This document shows, in pieces, positions 50,801 to 61,509 of a stretch of DNA of 64,000 bases; the stretch's first letter is position 1, and each line of letters opens with the position of its first letter. The stretch covers positions 248,001-312,000 of the forward strand of contig NIVC01000630.1 of the NCBI GenBank assembly GCA_002269645.1, given 5' to 3'. Made by a program: the position numbers and the translations under genes. The notes below the pieces were generated by a model. That model worked only from the letters and a program-made list of their open reading frames with translations, made no database searches and was not told the origin of the DNA. Origin of the DNA: Macrostomum lignano. Its lineage: Eukaryota.

Positions 50801-53800
50801 GAATCTTCACCAAGGCTCGAATCTTTACCAAAGCTCGAATCTTCACCAAAGCTCGAAATTCCCCTCGCGTATTAATCCCTTTGCATTCTCTACCGGCTAC
50901 TTGTTAGTAGGCAAGCACCTATTAGCAATCTAATATTGAAATATACTCAATTCAGGTAACCGGCCGCTGCTGCGAAGAGGTGATCGGCTTGGCAACGCTG
51001 CCACTCGGACTGGTCGGGCCTCTGCTAGTGAACGGCATGGAGCACCGGCTGCCTCTCGCCACCACGGAGGGCTGCCTGGTGGCCTCGGTGAATCGCGGCT
51101 GTGCAGTTCTCAGAGCCGCAGGCGGCTGTCGGGCCAGCGTGTACCGGGACGGCATGACCAGGGCTCCATTGCTGGAGTTTCCCAGCGCTGTACAGGCTGT
51201 CCGGTGTATGCAGTTTGCCGAATCCGAGGCCGGGCAGACCCTGGCCGCCAGCGCCTTTGAGGTTTGTAGCTAGTATGTACATGCCTGACAGAATTAGAAA
51301 GTCAAAGGACCGCTGTACACCCTGTATGAGCGTTGGTGTCGCGGGACGATGCCGTTGAATGCGTTGCGCCAGAGTGCTGCCGTATTTTCTAGGAATATGT
51401 AGAAGTTTAAGAAGTTGAGAGTTGCTGTTTCGTACTATGGGGTTGTAGCCTAGTGGTTAGAGAGTCGGACACACGACTTGAAGGTTGGGGGTTCGATTCC
51501 TGATCCGACTGGAACAATTTGTGTCCTTGAGCAAGACACTTAAGCATTGCTTCAGTGCTCAGAAAGATGATGGTAGCTGTAGGTCACTGATGGGTCAGAG
51601 ATGATGGTAGCTGTGGGTCACTGATGGGTCAGAGAGATGATGGTAGCTGTAGGTCACTGATGGGTCAGAGATGATGGTAGCTGTGGGTCACTGATGGGTC
51701 AGAGATGATGGTAGCTGTGGGTCACTGATGGGTCAGAGAGATGATGGTAGCTGTGGGTCACTGATGGGTCAGAGAGATAATGGTAGCTGTGGGTAACTGA
51801 TGGGTCAGAGAGATGATGGTAGCTGTGGGTCACTGATGGGTCAGAGATGATGGTAGCTGTGGGTCACTGATGGGTCAGAGAGATAATGGTAGCTGTGGGT
51901 CACTGATGGGTCAGAGAGATGATGGTAGCTGTGGGTCACTGATGGGTCAGAGAGATGATGGTAGCTGTGGGTCACTGATAGGTCAGAGAGATGATGGTAG
52001 TTGTGGGTCACTGATGGGTCAGAGAGACGTAGCTGTGGCCCTTCAGTTCACCCAGCTGTAAAATGGGTGCCAGCATTAGCTGTGGTAATTGAGGCTGTGT
52101 GTGGCGACCCCCCTCCAGTCCTTGGACTGAACAGCCGTACGCAGCCTTCAGATGCGCCGCGCAATAGCTGCGGCTGAGCTGTCGGTTGCACATCTGCTCT
52201 TATTATTATAGTTTTTTAGAATAGGGAAGGTAAAAACGCTATTTCTAGGAATATGGGATTTATGAAACGACTTTTTACTGTAATTTGGACAGATTACAGA
52301 TGGTGTTCTTATAAACTAGAAACTTGCTGAGGTAAAAATCTATGAGAAAATTTGTTTCATCTCAGGCCACCTCGGGTCACTGCCGCCTACGCTCGCTAGC
52401 CTGCTTTCTGTCCGGCCGTCGGCTTCATCTGCGCTACTGCGCCGAGACTGGCGACGCAATGGGCATGAACATGCTGTCCAAGGGGCCGAAGCCGCCGTCT
52501 CCTCGTTGCTGTCCCGGTTTCCAGAGGCCCGGCTAGTCAGCCTGTCCGGCAACGCCTGCTCGGATAAGAAGCCAACGGCTGTCAATTGGATATTGGGCAG
52601 GGGCAAGTCCGTTGTGTGCGAGGTGAGTCCGGTTTGGGTAGGGGGGGGGCTTTATATGGTTTGGGGTTTTCTTGGAATTTCCGGTGTGATTTTTCTAACA
52701 GCTTCCGGTATGATATTCCTGATAGCTTCCTGTGAAATGTTCTGTAAAAAACTTCCGGTGTGATATTTGTGTGAAATTCCGGTGTGATATTTGTGTGTAC
52801 TTCCGGTGTGATATTCCTGTAAACTTCCAGTGTGATATTCCTGTAAACTTCCGGTGTGATATTCCTGTAAACTTCCGATGTGACATTTCTGTAAACTTTC
52901 GGTGTGATATTCCTGTAAATTTCCGGTGTGACATTTCTGTAAACTTCCGGTGTGATATTCCTGTAAACTTCCGATGTGACATTTCTGTAAACTTTCGGTG
53001 TGATATTCCTGTAAACTTCCGGTGTGACATTTCTGTAAACTTCCGGTGTGATATTCCTGTAAACTTCCGGTGTGACATTTCTGTAAACTTCCGATGTGAC
53101 ATTTCTGTAAACTTCCGGTGTGATATTTCTAAGAATTTCCGGTGTGAGGCTTCTGAGAGCTTCCGTTGTGACATTTCTAGGAAAATCAAATACAAAATTC
53201 CTAAAAACAACCGGTGCGCAATTTCTAGGAATTCACTTCCGGTGTGAATTGGCATTTGGAAACATTCAGAAAAGCCTAAATGATTCATGTTTTACTATTA
53301 GTAGACTTCAATAATTTAAATTACTAATAAACTCGTTAACTGACCGCAGACTCGCCTACCCGAGTCTCTAGTCCGATCGACACTTCGCGTCTCACCAGCC
53401 AGCCTGGTGGCTTTGAACCAAGCCAAAAATCTGGAGGGCAGCTCATTGGCTGGCACAGTCGGCGGATTCAACGCCCACGCAGCCAACCTGGCAGCCGCCG
53501 TGTTCATCGCCTGCGGCCAGGACCCGGCCCAGGTGGTTGAGGCTAGCCAGGCCATCACCTGTTTAGAAGTATTGGACGATGGCAGCGGAGATCTGTACGC
53601 CAGCGTCACCATGCCCTGTCTGGAGGTTGGCGTAGTTGGCGGCGGCACGCATCTGCCAACTCAGCGGGCCTGCCTGCGGCTGGTTGGCCTGCCGGAGGAC
53701 CAGCCGGCCGCCTGTCTGGCACAGGTGATCTGCGCCGGCGTCCTGTGCGCCGAGATCTCCCTGCTAGCGGCTCTGGCCAATCAGGAACTGGTGGCCAGTC

Positions 53801-53847
53801 ACATGAAGCTGAACAGGAGCAAGCAGATGCATCACGCGCCTAGCTGA
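47802..53847 (+). CDS. HMGCR: Class I HMG-CoA reductase (~900 aa, 5 exons); 1-nt deletion in exon 4 as sequenced
   Basis: Exons 47802-48395, 49068-50114, 50956-51261, 52366-52622 and 53350-53847. Catalytic motifs [69 protein letters not shown]. The N-terminal hydrophobic region aligns by eye to the sterol-sensing membrane domain. Exon 4 is 257 nt and needs one extra G at 52482-52485 to stay in frame. Confidence 0.93.
48428..48962. repeat. 48-bp minisatellite in HMGCR intron 1
   Basis: (tttctctctctccctttgatgtacattggccactctatgactctgcag)x~11. Confidence 0.97.
50255..50858. repeat. 18-bp minisatellite (CTCGAATCTTTACCAAAG)n in HMGCR intron 2
   Basis: ~33 units; the aattagg variant recurs at 72/144/144-bp spacing. 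Confidence 0.97.
51439..52210 (+). mobile_element. tRNA-derived SINE with a CORE/Meta-like central domain, interrupted by a minisatellite, in HMGCR intron 3
   Basis: A box TAGCCTAGTGG, B box GGTTCGATTCC, then tgtgtccttgagcaagacactt ... cacccagctgtaaaatggg, resembling the CORE-type conserved domain; (TAT)n tail at ~52200. Confidence 0.85.
51557..52040. repeat. 33-36-bp minisatellite (GTGGGTCACTGATGGGTCAGAGAGATGATGGTAGCT)n inside the SINE
   Basis: ~14 units flanked by the direct repeat CTTCAGT (51550-51556, 52041-52047). Confidence 0.95.
52678..53245. repeat. 24-bp minisatellite (TTCCGGTGTGATATTCCTGTAAAC)n in HMGCR intron 4
   Basis: ~22 units with degenerate edges. Confidence 0.96.
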
Positions 53848-53863
53848 GCTGCTTGTGACCTTT

Positions 53864-54640
53864 AGCTGTGCCTATTCTGTCTGCCAGCCTGTCTGTCTGT
53901 CTGTCTCTAGCTGTGCCTATTGTACTGCCAGCCTTTTTTAGTGTCTGTCTGTCTGTAGATGTGCCTATTCTGTCTGCCAGCCTGTCTGTCTGTCTGTCTC
54001 TAGCTGTGCCTATTGTACTGCCAGCCTTTTTTAGTGTCTGTCTGTCTGTAGATGTGCCTATTCTGTCTGCCAGCCTGTCTGTCTGTCCGTCTCTAGCTGT
54101 GCCTATTGTACTGCCAGCCTTTTTTAGTGTCTGTCTGTCTGTAGATGTGCCTATTCTGTCTGCCAGCCTGTCTGTCTGTCTGTCTCTAGCTGTGCCTATT
54201 GTACTGCCAGCCTGTTTTAGTGTCTGTCTGTCTGTAAATGTGCCTATTCTGTCTGCCAGCCTGTCTGTCTGTCCGTCTCTAGCTGTGCCTATTGTACTGC
54301 AGCCTGTTTTAGTGTCTGTCTGTCTGTAGATGTGCCTATTCTGTCTGCCAGCCTGTCTGTCTGTCCGTCTCTAGCTGTGCCTATTGTACTGCCAGCCTGT
54401 TTTAGTGTCTGTCTGTAGATGTGCCTATTCTGTCTGCCAGCCTGTCTGTCTGTCTGTCTCTAGCTGTGCCTATTGTACTGCCAGCCTGTTTTAGTGTCTG
54501 TCTGTCTGTAAATGTGCCTATTCTGTCTGCCAGCCTGTCTGTCTGTCCGTCTCTAGCTGTGCCTATTGTACTGCCAGCCTGTTTTAGTGTCTGTCTGTCT
54601 GTAAATGTGCCTATTCTGTCTGCCAGCCTGTCTTAGTGTC
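53864..54640. repeat. ~93-bp dimeric minisatellite starting ~20 nt after the HMGCR stop
   Basis: Unit = gtgcctattctgtctgccagcc...ctagct + gtgcctattgtactgccagcc...gtagat; ~8 copies. Confidence 0.95.
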
Positions 54641-54644
54641 TTAG

Positions 54645-55142
<498 letters not shown>

Positions 55143-57039
55143 CTAATCTTCAGTAATATTGATTGAATGATTTATTGTGTAATTATAGCATGGTTTCGCT
55201 GCCCTACTAGCCTACTAGTAGTCGTGCGCAGTGACGATTTGAATATTACCTTAATATAATTATTCAAAAGAAGCAACTATTTAAACTCAAATAGAAACAT
55301 ATGTGATGGAATGTTCAGATAGTCGTAAGTTGTGTTACGAACATCAAGTTTCGTAAAGTAGCATGCGTTGTTTTGATTAAAATTGAGTTGCTATGCCATG
55401 TCTATTCAAGTTTGTAATTGTGGAATGTTGGTATTTTCTTCTGTAACTAAGTACGTACTGGCGGTATGCTATTTTGATTCCATTTTTTTACTTTCAATTT
55501 TTCAAGTTAAAATCTGTTTTGCTCTGGATTGTGTTTTTCTAGATGCTAGCTGTTTTTTCCTTGTTTTTCAGTACTATTTTTCCGTTGGTCAACGAGATTT
55601 AGCCGTACAAAATAAATAAGGTTTCCTATACTTCAATTATTACTCGAAAGTAGCATAGTGTTAGGCATTATTAAGCTAGAAAACTTCTCAATTAACATGT
55701 CCTATCAAAACAATTCAACGGGTAAACATTTTTAATAAAAAGGATCTATAAAGTCCAAAAATAATTGTGTGTACCCCGTCAGCGCTTTGCATTTCGTAAG
55801 AGGATTAGCTTCTCGATGTCTCTATCTATTCAGAGTGGATAAATGCGAGCCTATTGCTTTGGTATTCGCCTTTTTTCGCTGTCATCTTTTTGTCCGCATC
55901 TCGACTCGGCGCGAATCTTGTTTTTTGAAAATGAAACTGTTTTAACAGCTAGTTGTCCGCTCAATGTATATTTAATAAATTTGCGAGACATTGCGCATGA
56001 GACTTACTGCTCAGCGGTTTATATGCAACCTGTCCCATTATTAGTGCATTAATCTCGGATTCACGTGCTAGCAACATCGAGAGAATTGCATTTTGTTCTC
56101 TTGTAGGTAGCTCGTAGCTCTGATAAGTGATAATGCAACTAAGCCTTAATCATATTTTGGAGAATCAGGCTGTACCGACTTAAACAGACATGTGACCATC
56201 TCTTATCTGTAGCGACATTTTTCTTTGCCGCTTTTTGTCTTAAAATTGTTCTGGGAGTTGTATTCCTTAAAACGCGGTACAATGAATTTGAAATCTAATA
56301 AAACAAATCAGGTGCGTGCTAAACGTTCTAAAATAACTTATTTCTGTTTTTTAATTTTATTACTGTGACAAGAAATATTGGAGATAAAATTTGGATTTTT
56401 ATATTCATGCACATTTAAGGCAAATTGGTACAAATATGATCATGCATCAAAATGCACTCGTTAATTTAGAAAAGAAGCTTCTCTGATACGTAAATTTGAA
56501 ATTGCTCGCATAGTCTGACATAATTATAGCTCTACGCGTCTCGTGAACGAGACGTCAACGCAGAACAGTGCAAGTAGGTACGAGCTTTCTAGCATTACAA
56601 GTTAAGTACCCATTATCTTTTAATTAGCTGTACATGTAACGAAAGTGAGACAAACTTCTAGTTTGCGTGAGGTCGCCGAAGTATGATTACTTATACGTCT
56701 TCGGTAAGAAGAAAGACAAAGACACAAAACGTAGTACAAGGCATCAGCCTGTAAGGGCTATGAATATAATAAAAAACCTTGACCACTGTGCCCGTTTATC
56801 ATTTTTAGTAAACCGGAGAATTTTTTGTATTAGTATTCAGATAAACAAAACATTTGATAACGTGACGTTTAAAGCAGTCACGGTATATTTATTTAAAGTT
56901 AAATTATTTATATAATACAACTTCAGGTACTTTATTTGATCGAATTTGGCTGCTTGACTTTGCTACGTTATTTTGTGTGAGAAATAATTAATTATGGCGA
57001 GTAAATGAATGAGCACTACTTTCTATAGTTGGTACTAAT

Positions 57040-58269
57040 CAGTGTTGGGCACTTCCGTTACCGAGTAACTTGTAAATGGTAACGCAAGTTACTTTTTCGT
57101 AAAGCGTTCCTTACGCAAGTTACTTTCCTATTTTGGTAACGGAGTAACGGTAAGTTACTCAAATTTCGGAAGTCCGTTACAGTTACTTTGCAACAATCGC
57201 AATATTTAAATTTAAAACTGATATGCTTAGCTATTACGCCAGTTGTCACATTTTTAGCATTTTTCATTCCTAAATTCAAAACTAAGTGAATAATATCATA
57301 CGGTATTACGCTGTAATTAATAAAGAAATACTTGAAACATGTTTTTACTTTGTTATTTTCGGTAAAATATTTTTGCTTTTCGTTTTTAAGTTAATAAAAA
57401 TATTTTGTTTAGTTCTTAGAAACAAACAACCAAAGAAAGAAATTCATCTGTAGTCTCCACAAATCCACTCAGTGATCGACGTAGCCAGGAATTTTAATTG
57501 GGGGGGGCGGGTTGGCCTGGCTGGCCATGCCTCATGCCATTGCCACTTTTAGCGCCGCAAGCACTCATTTAAGCGCCGCAGGCACTCATTTAAGCGCCGC
57601 AGGCACTCAATCGCCTCATGGTTTTTGGTACCCGCCACGCCAAACCCCACCCCCCAGGTGGGGTGTCTTGCAGGTGGGGTGAAGTTGCCGCCCCAACGAT
57701 TGTTAAGGCGGCCTCCCTGGCTACACCACTAAAGTCCACTGGCACTGCACTGCACTGCACAATAATTTAATATTATGATAATAATTGAAAATAAATAAAA
57801 AGACTAGTAAAGCAGACTGTAGAGCGGAGTAAAGCCAGGTACTTATTACGAGCGATGTATTATCAAGGACAACTGAAGTTACGTTAAGTTGTCCTTGTGT
57901 ATTATAACTTATAATGTTATTAAAAATTAAATTGCGTTTTGCCTTTAACGTTTCTGACCTTCAGCTTCTCTTCTTTTTACGGAAAGGGCCTAAAGTGATT
58001 AAAATTTAATACAGTTACTGAAATTAATGTTGTTGTATTCTTCCTCCTGGCTTTCGCGATCATTTGTGCTGTTCCAGCGCATTTGCAATGTTAAAAAAGC
58101 AGAAAATTTTGTTAATAACATAGGTAACGGAAGTAAGTAACGGAAGTAACTTAAAAGTTACCGGGTTTTTGTTCAAAGTTACTAGGCTAACGTAAGTTAC
58201 TTTTTAAAAAGTGGTAACTTAAGTTACAGTAACGCAAGTTACTTTTTTTGAGTAACTTGCCCAACACTG
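57040..58269. mobile_element. Non-autonomous hAT-type element, TIR CAGTGTTGGGCA, 8-bp TSD GTACTAAT
   Basis: TSD at 57032-57039 and 58270-58277; dense GTAAC/GTTAC subterminal repeats at both ends; no ORF. Confidence 0.92.
57470..57731. mobile_element. GC-rich MITE nested in the hAT element (cagtg..cgtagccagg / cctggctacaccacta)
   Basis: Imperfect TIRs; degenerate flanking repeat aaatccact/aagtccact; internal 21-bp tandem gcactcatttaagcgccgcag. Confidence 0.65.
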
Positions 58270-60699
58270 GTACTAATACGATTAGATGACTAATCCATAC
58301 TACAAACCTTAGTATTACTTCCTTAAACCCGATGAATTGATATGACTCTGTTAACGGTTCTTTTGCAGTTTTGGCCTATAATAGTTCTTGAAATAATTAA
58401 TAACAGTCATTACAGTCAATTTCAGTAACAACTAGACTAGACTGTCACCTAGCTAGGTGCCAGGTGGGTAGGCCAGGCAGGGGGGTGTTTATATAATTTA
58501 CAAGTCACAAGCTACAAGCTACCAACAAGTTTAATAGCTAAAAGCTACGAGCTACAAGCAAAAGTGTTTCAAAACACTGCTTGTAGATTTCAGTCAAGAA
58601 TCTTACAAGTTTGACAAGCTTGTAACTATTTACTTCATTGTCTATCTATGGTAAAAAAACCTACCTCTAACTCTAACCTCTAACCTACCTACCTACCTAC
58701 CTACCTAACTATTATTATGCAATGAACAATTCTTTTAACAACCCAACCATTTTGGCAGGCAACCAGGTTTGATAAGGGTAATATTGATAACTAGCTATTA
58801 TTTATCACTTATATTTTTATTTTATTTCCTCTATTATAAAATATAAATTTAGACTTAGTTAGTAATTAGGGCCTAGACTAAATTTCTATATACTTTGTGT
58901 TTATGTGCACTAAAGTTAGTTTTCCACTATTTATAATGTAGCTTACACCTTCCTAAGTATGACTCATAACATGCCAATAAAACTAGGGGCCTATGCATTA
59001 TGCATAGCCATGGTGCATGGATAAGAAAGATAGAGGCTGCCCTAGGCCTACAAGTAAAATTTGGAAAATTCTTATTGCAAATAAATAACCTTGCAATTGG
59101 CTGAATTGTGATACTATAATATTTAAAAAAGCAAATATAGGCCTAAACTAAAAAAGAAAAAATATATTTTGTTATAGAAAAAACTGTTTTGAGTTTCATA
59201 TTTAATTTGTTTTAATTAGAATAATAATAATAAGTAGGTCTAAAACTAAGGGTAATAATAATATAATAACATCTTTCTAGTATAATGGCTTTTTCAAAGG
59301 GCACTTGTTATTTTGTACAATATCATATAATTAGGCCTAGTACTAAGCTAAGTACTTTTGTTATTTGCATGTTAACTAAAATAAATAGGCCTATTGCCGT
59401 ATTGGTTTTTATATACTAATAGTATTTACAATTATAGTAGGGACTTCAGTGAGATTTTAAAAGTTGAAAATGATGCAGAAAAAAACAAAAATTCCTAAAA
59501 CTTTAAAATCTAAATACTAAATATTGAACTGGTTTTATAAAAATCCAAAATATGTATAAGGAAACTAAAAAATATATCTTTCTAATGAAATAACTCTTAA
59601 ACAAAAATATTAAATATTCTAGGAGCAGTAGGCCTAATTGTTCAAACATTGTACATTTTTCATAATATATGTAAATTGGTGCTACAAAATACTATTTTAA
59701 ACAGATTCATTTTTCATGCTAAATGGGCTATTTAAACAAAGTTTAATGATAGTAATGCAAAGTTAGATAGTTAAAGGTCCACAAAAAGTGCTTTTTGGCC
59801 TATGTAAAAATTTAAAGTTGAATAACTTTTTTATTGCATTTCACGCAATTCTAAATAGTGTTTTTTAATGCACCTTTATGAAAATGTCAAATGAACACAT
59901 AGAATAATTGTTTGTTTGTATCTCTTCTCACTCAAAAGTTATCAAGCTTTCTTTAGGCTCATTTTTTGCCATCTTTGCAATGTATTTTTACCCTAGAACT
60001 GAAAATTGCATTTTTTATAGATGACTTCATTTCATAGACTTTTTATATATTGTTTTTAAGAAAATGGTATAAATGCAATCTTTAGCAATATCCACTTTCA
60101 TTTTGCATGTCTCACTTCTATGCAATAACAATTTTTTATTTTGGTGAGCATTTGCACTACTTACAAACTACTTATGCATAAAAAAATTCAGCTTTGTTCT
60201 ACATGCCATTTCTTTACTGCATTTGAATCAATTATATATAGATAACAATTTGACAAAGTTAGTAGTCTCCTATTTTGTGTCTAAAACATGCAATTGTGAG
60301 TTCTTTTTTGAAAAATATGTATGCATACACTACTTATATGCTACTTATATAAAAAGAGGGTTATTATAGCTTTTCTTAACTAAAAAGGACTTTTACTATA
60401 GGAAATTCAAAACTAATTCTTGCTCCAGCTTATTGAGCTATAGCAATTGCAACACCAACAAGTGACCCCTGGAATGCACTAAACTTGACTTGGTCTGCAG
60501 TGCAAACTCTTAAAATTAACTGAACTTTGTAAGAGATGGTCTATTTAATTTGTTTGCTTAATAAGCAATTTCACAATACAATTTTAGGTACAATACTAGC
60601 AATCTTTGCCCCCAATGGGGGACATCTAGATAGAATATCTGTTCTCTAAAAGTAACAAAAAGATAGCAAAATAAAGCTTTCACAAAGTCAACAGACATT

Positions 60700-61210
60700 C
60701 CATCAAAAAAGAAAACATCCCAAGACAGCAAGCATCTCCCTAGATAGCAAGCACTCCCCAGATAGCAAAACTCCTTCCCCCAATATAGCAAGTAGCCTCC
60801 CGCCAAGAGCAAGCCTTTTGCCTCTTCAATATCAAGCATCCCCCAATAGCAAGCATCTCCCAGATAGCAAGAATCCCCCAGATAGCAAGAATTCCCCAGA
60901 TAGCAAGCATCCCTAGACAGTATGCAGGCATCTCCCAGATAGCAAGCATCCCCCAGATAGCAAGCATTCCTAGACAGCATGCAAGCATCCCCTAGATATC
61001 AAGCATCCCTGGATACAAAGAATCCTTATAGATAGCTAGCAACCCCCTCTCAGATAGCAAGTATTCTCCAAGAGCAAGCATCCCCCAATAGCAAGTTACC
61101 CCAGATAGCAAGCATTCTTCCAATAGCAAGCATCCCCCCCCAATAACAAGCATCACTTAGATGGCAAACATCCCTCAGATAGCAAGCATCTACCAGACAA
61201 CAAGTAGCTA
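60700..61210. repeat. Degenerate ~19-21-bp minisatellite (agatagcaagcatcccc)n
   Basis: The ATAGCAAG core recurs about 20 times. Confidence 0.85.
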
Positions 61211-61284
61211 GTGCAACAATATCCCTAGCTTTATAGTGGCTCCTTTAAGTTTGGAATGATGCTTCTTTTCATATTTGAAATGAT

Positions 61285-61410
61285 GTCTCCTTTATGTTTG
61301 ACATGGTGGCTTTTTATTGTTTGACATGGTGGCTCTTTATGTTCTACATGGTGGCTCTTTTATGTTTGACATGGTAGCTCTTTAATGTTTGACATAGTGG
61401 CTCTTTAATT
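61285..61410. repeat. ~22-bp minisatellite (tttatgtttgacatggtggctc)n
   Basis: 5-6 copies. Confidence 0.85.
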
Positions 61411-61419
61411 ATTTTGCAC

Positions 61420-61492
61420 TGCTAAGATTTGAACCCAGGTTGCCACATTAGCAGTCCAGTCTGTTTGCATCTAGGCTATCTCTTTTCAATTG
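61420..61492 (-). mobile_element. Degenerate tRNA-derived SINE head
   Basis: Minus strand reads gatagcctagatg...ctgggttcaaatc: an A-box-like motif and a B box GGTTCAAATC at tRNA-like spacing. Confidence 0.45.
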
Positions 61493-61509
61493 GAGAACAT
61501 GAATTATGG

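Noticed and set aside
50159-50933. 238-aa LESLPK-repeat protein
   Set aside because: It is the 18-bp array inside HMGCR intron 2.
51439-51510. Functional tRNA gene
   Set aside because: It has A and B boxes but no clean acceptor stem, and it continues into a SINE core and tail.
52475-52495. Programmed -1 ribosomal frameshift as the default explanation for the HMGCR break
   Set aside because: There is no canonical slippery heptamer; a homopolymer error or null allele is more parsimonious.
56530-56560. Helitron 3' end (hairpin cgtctcgt-ga-acgagacg)
   Set aside because: No CTRR terminus at the expected short distance and no matching 5' TC end identified.
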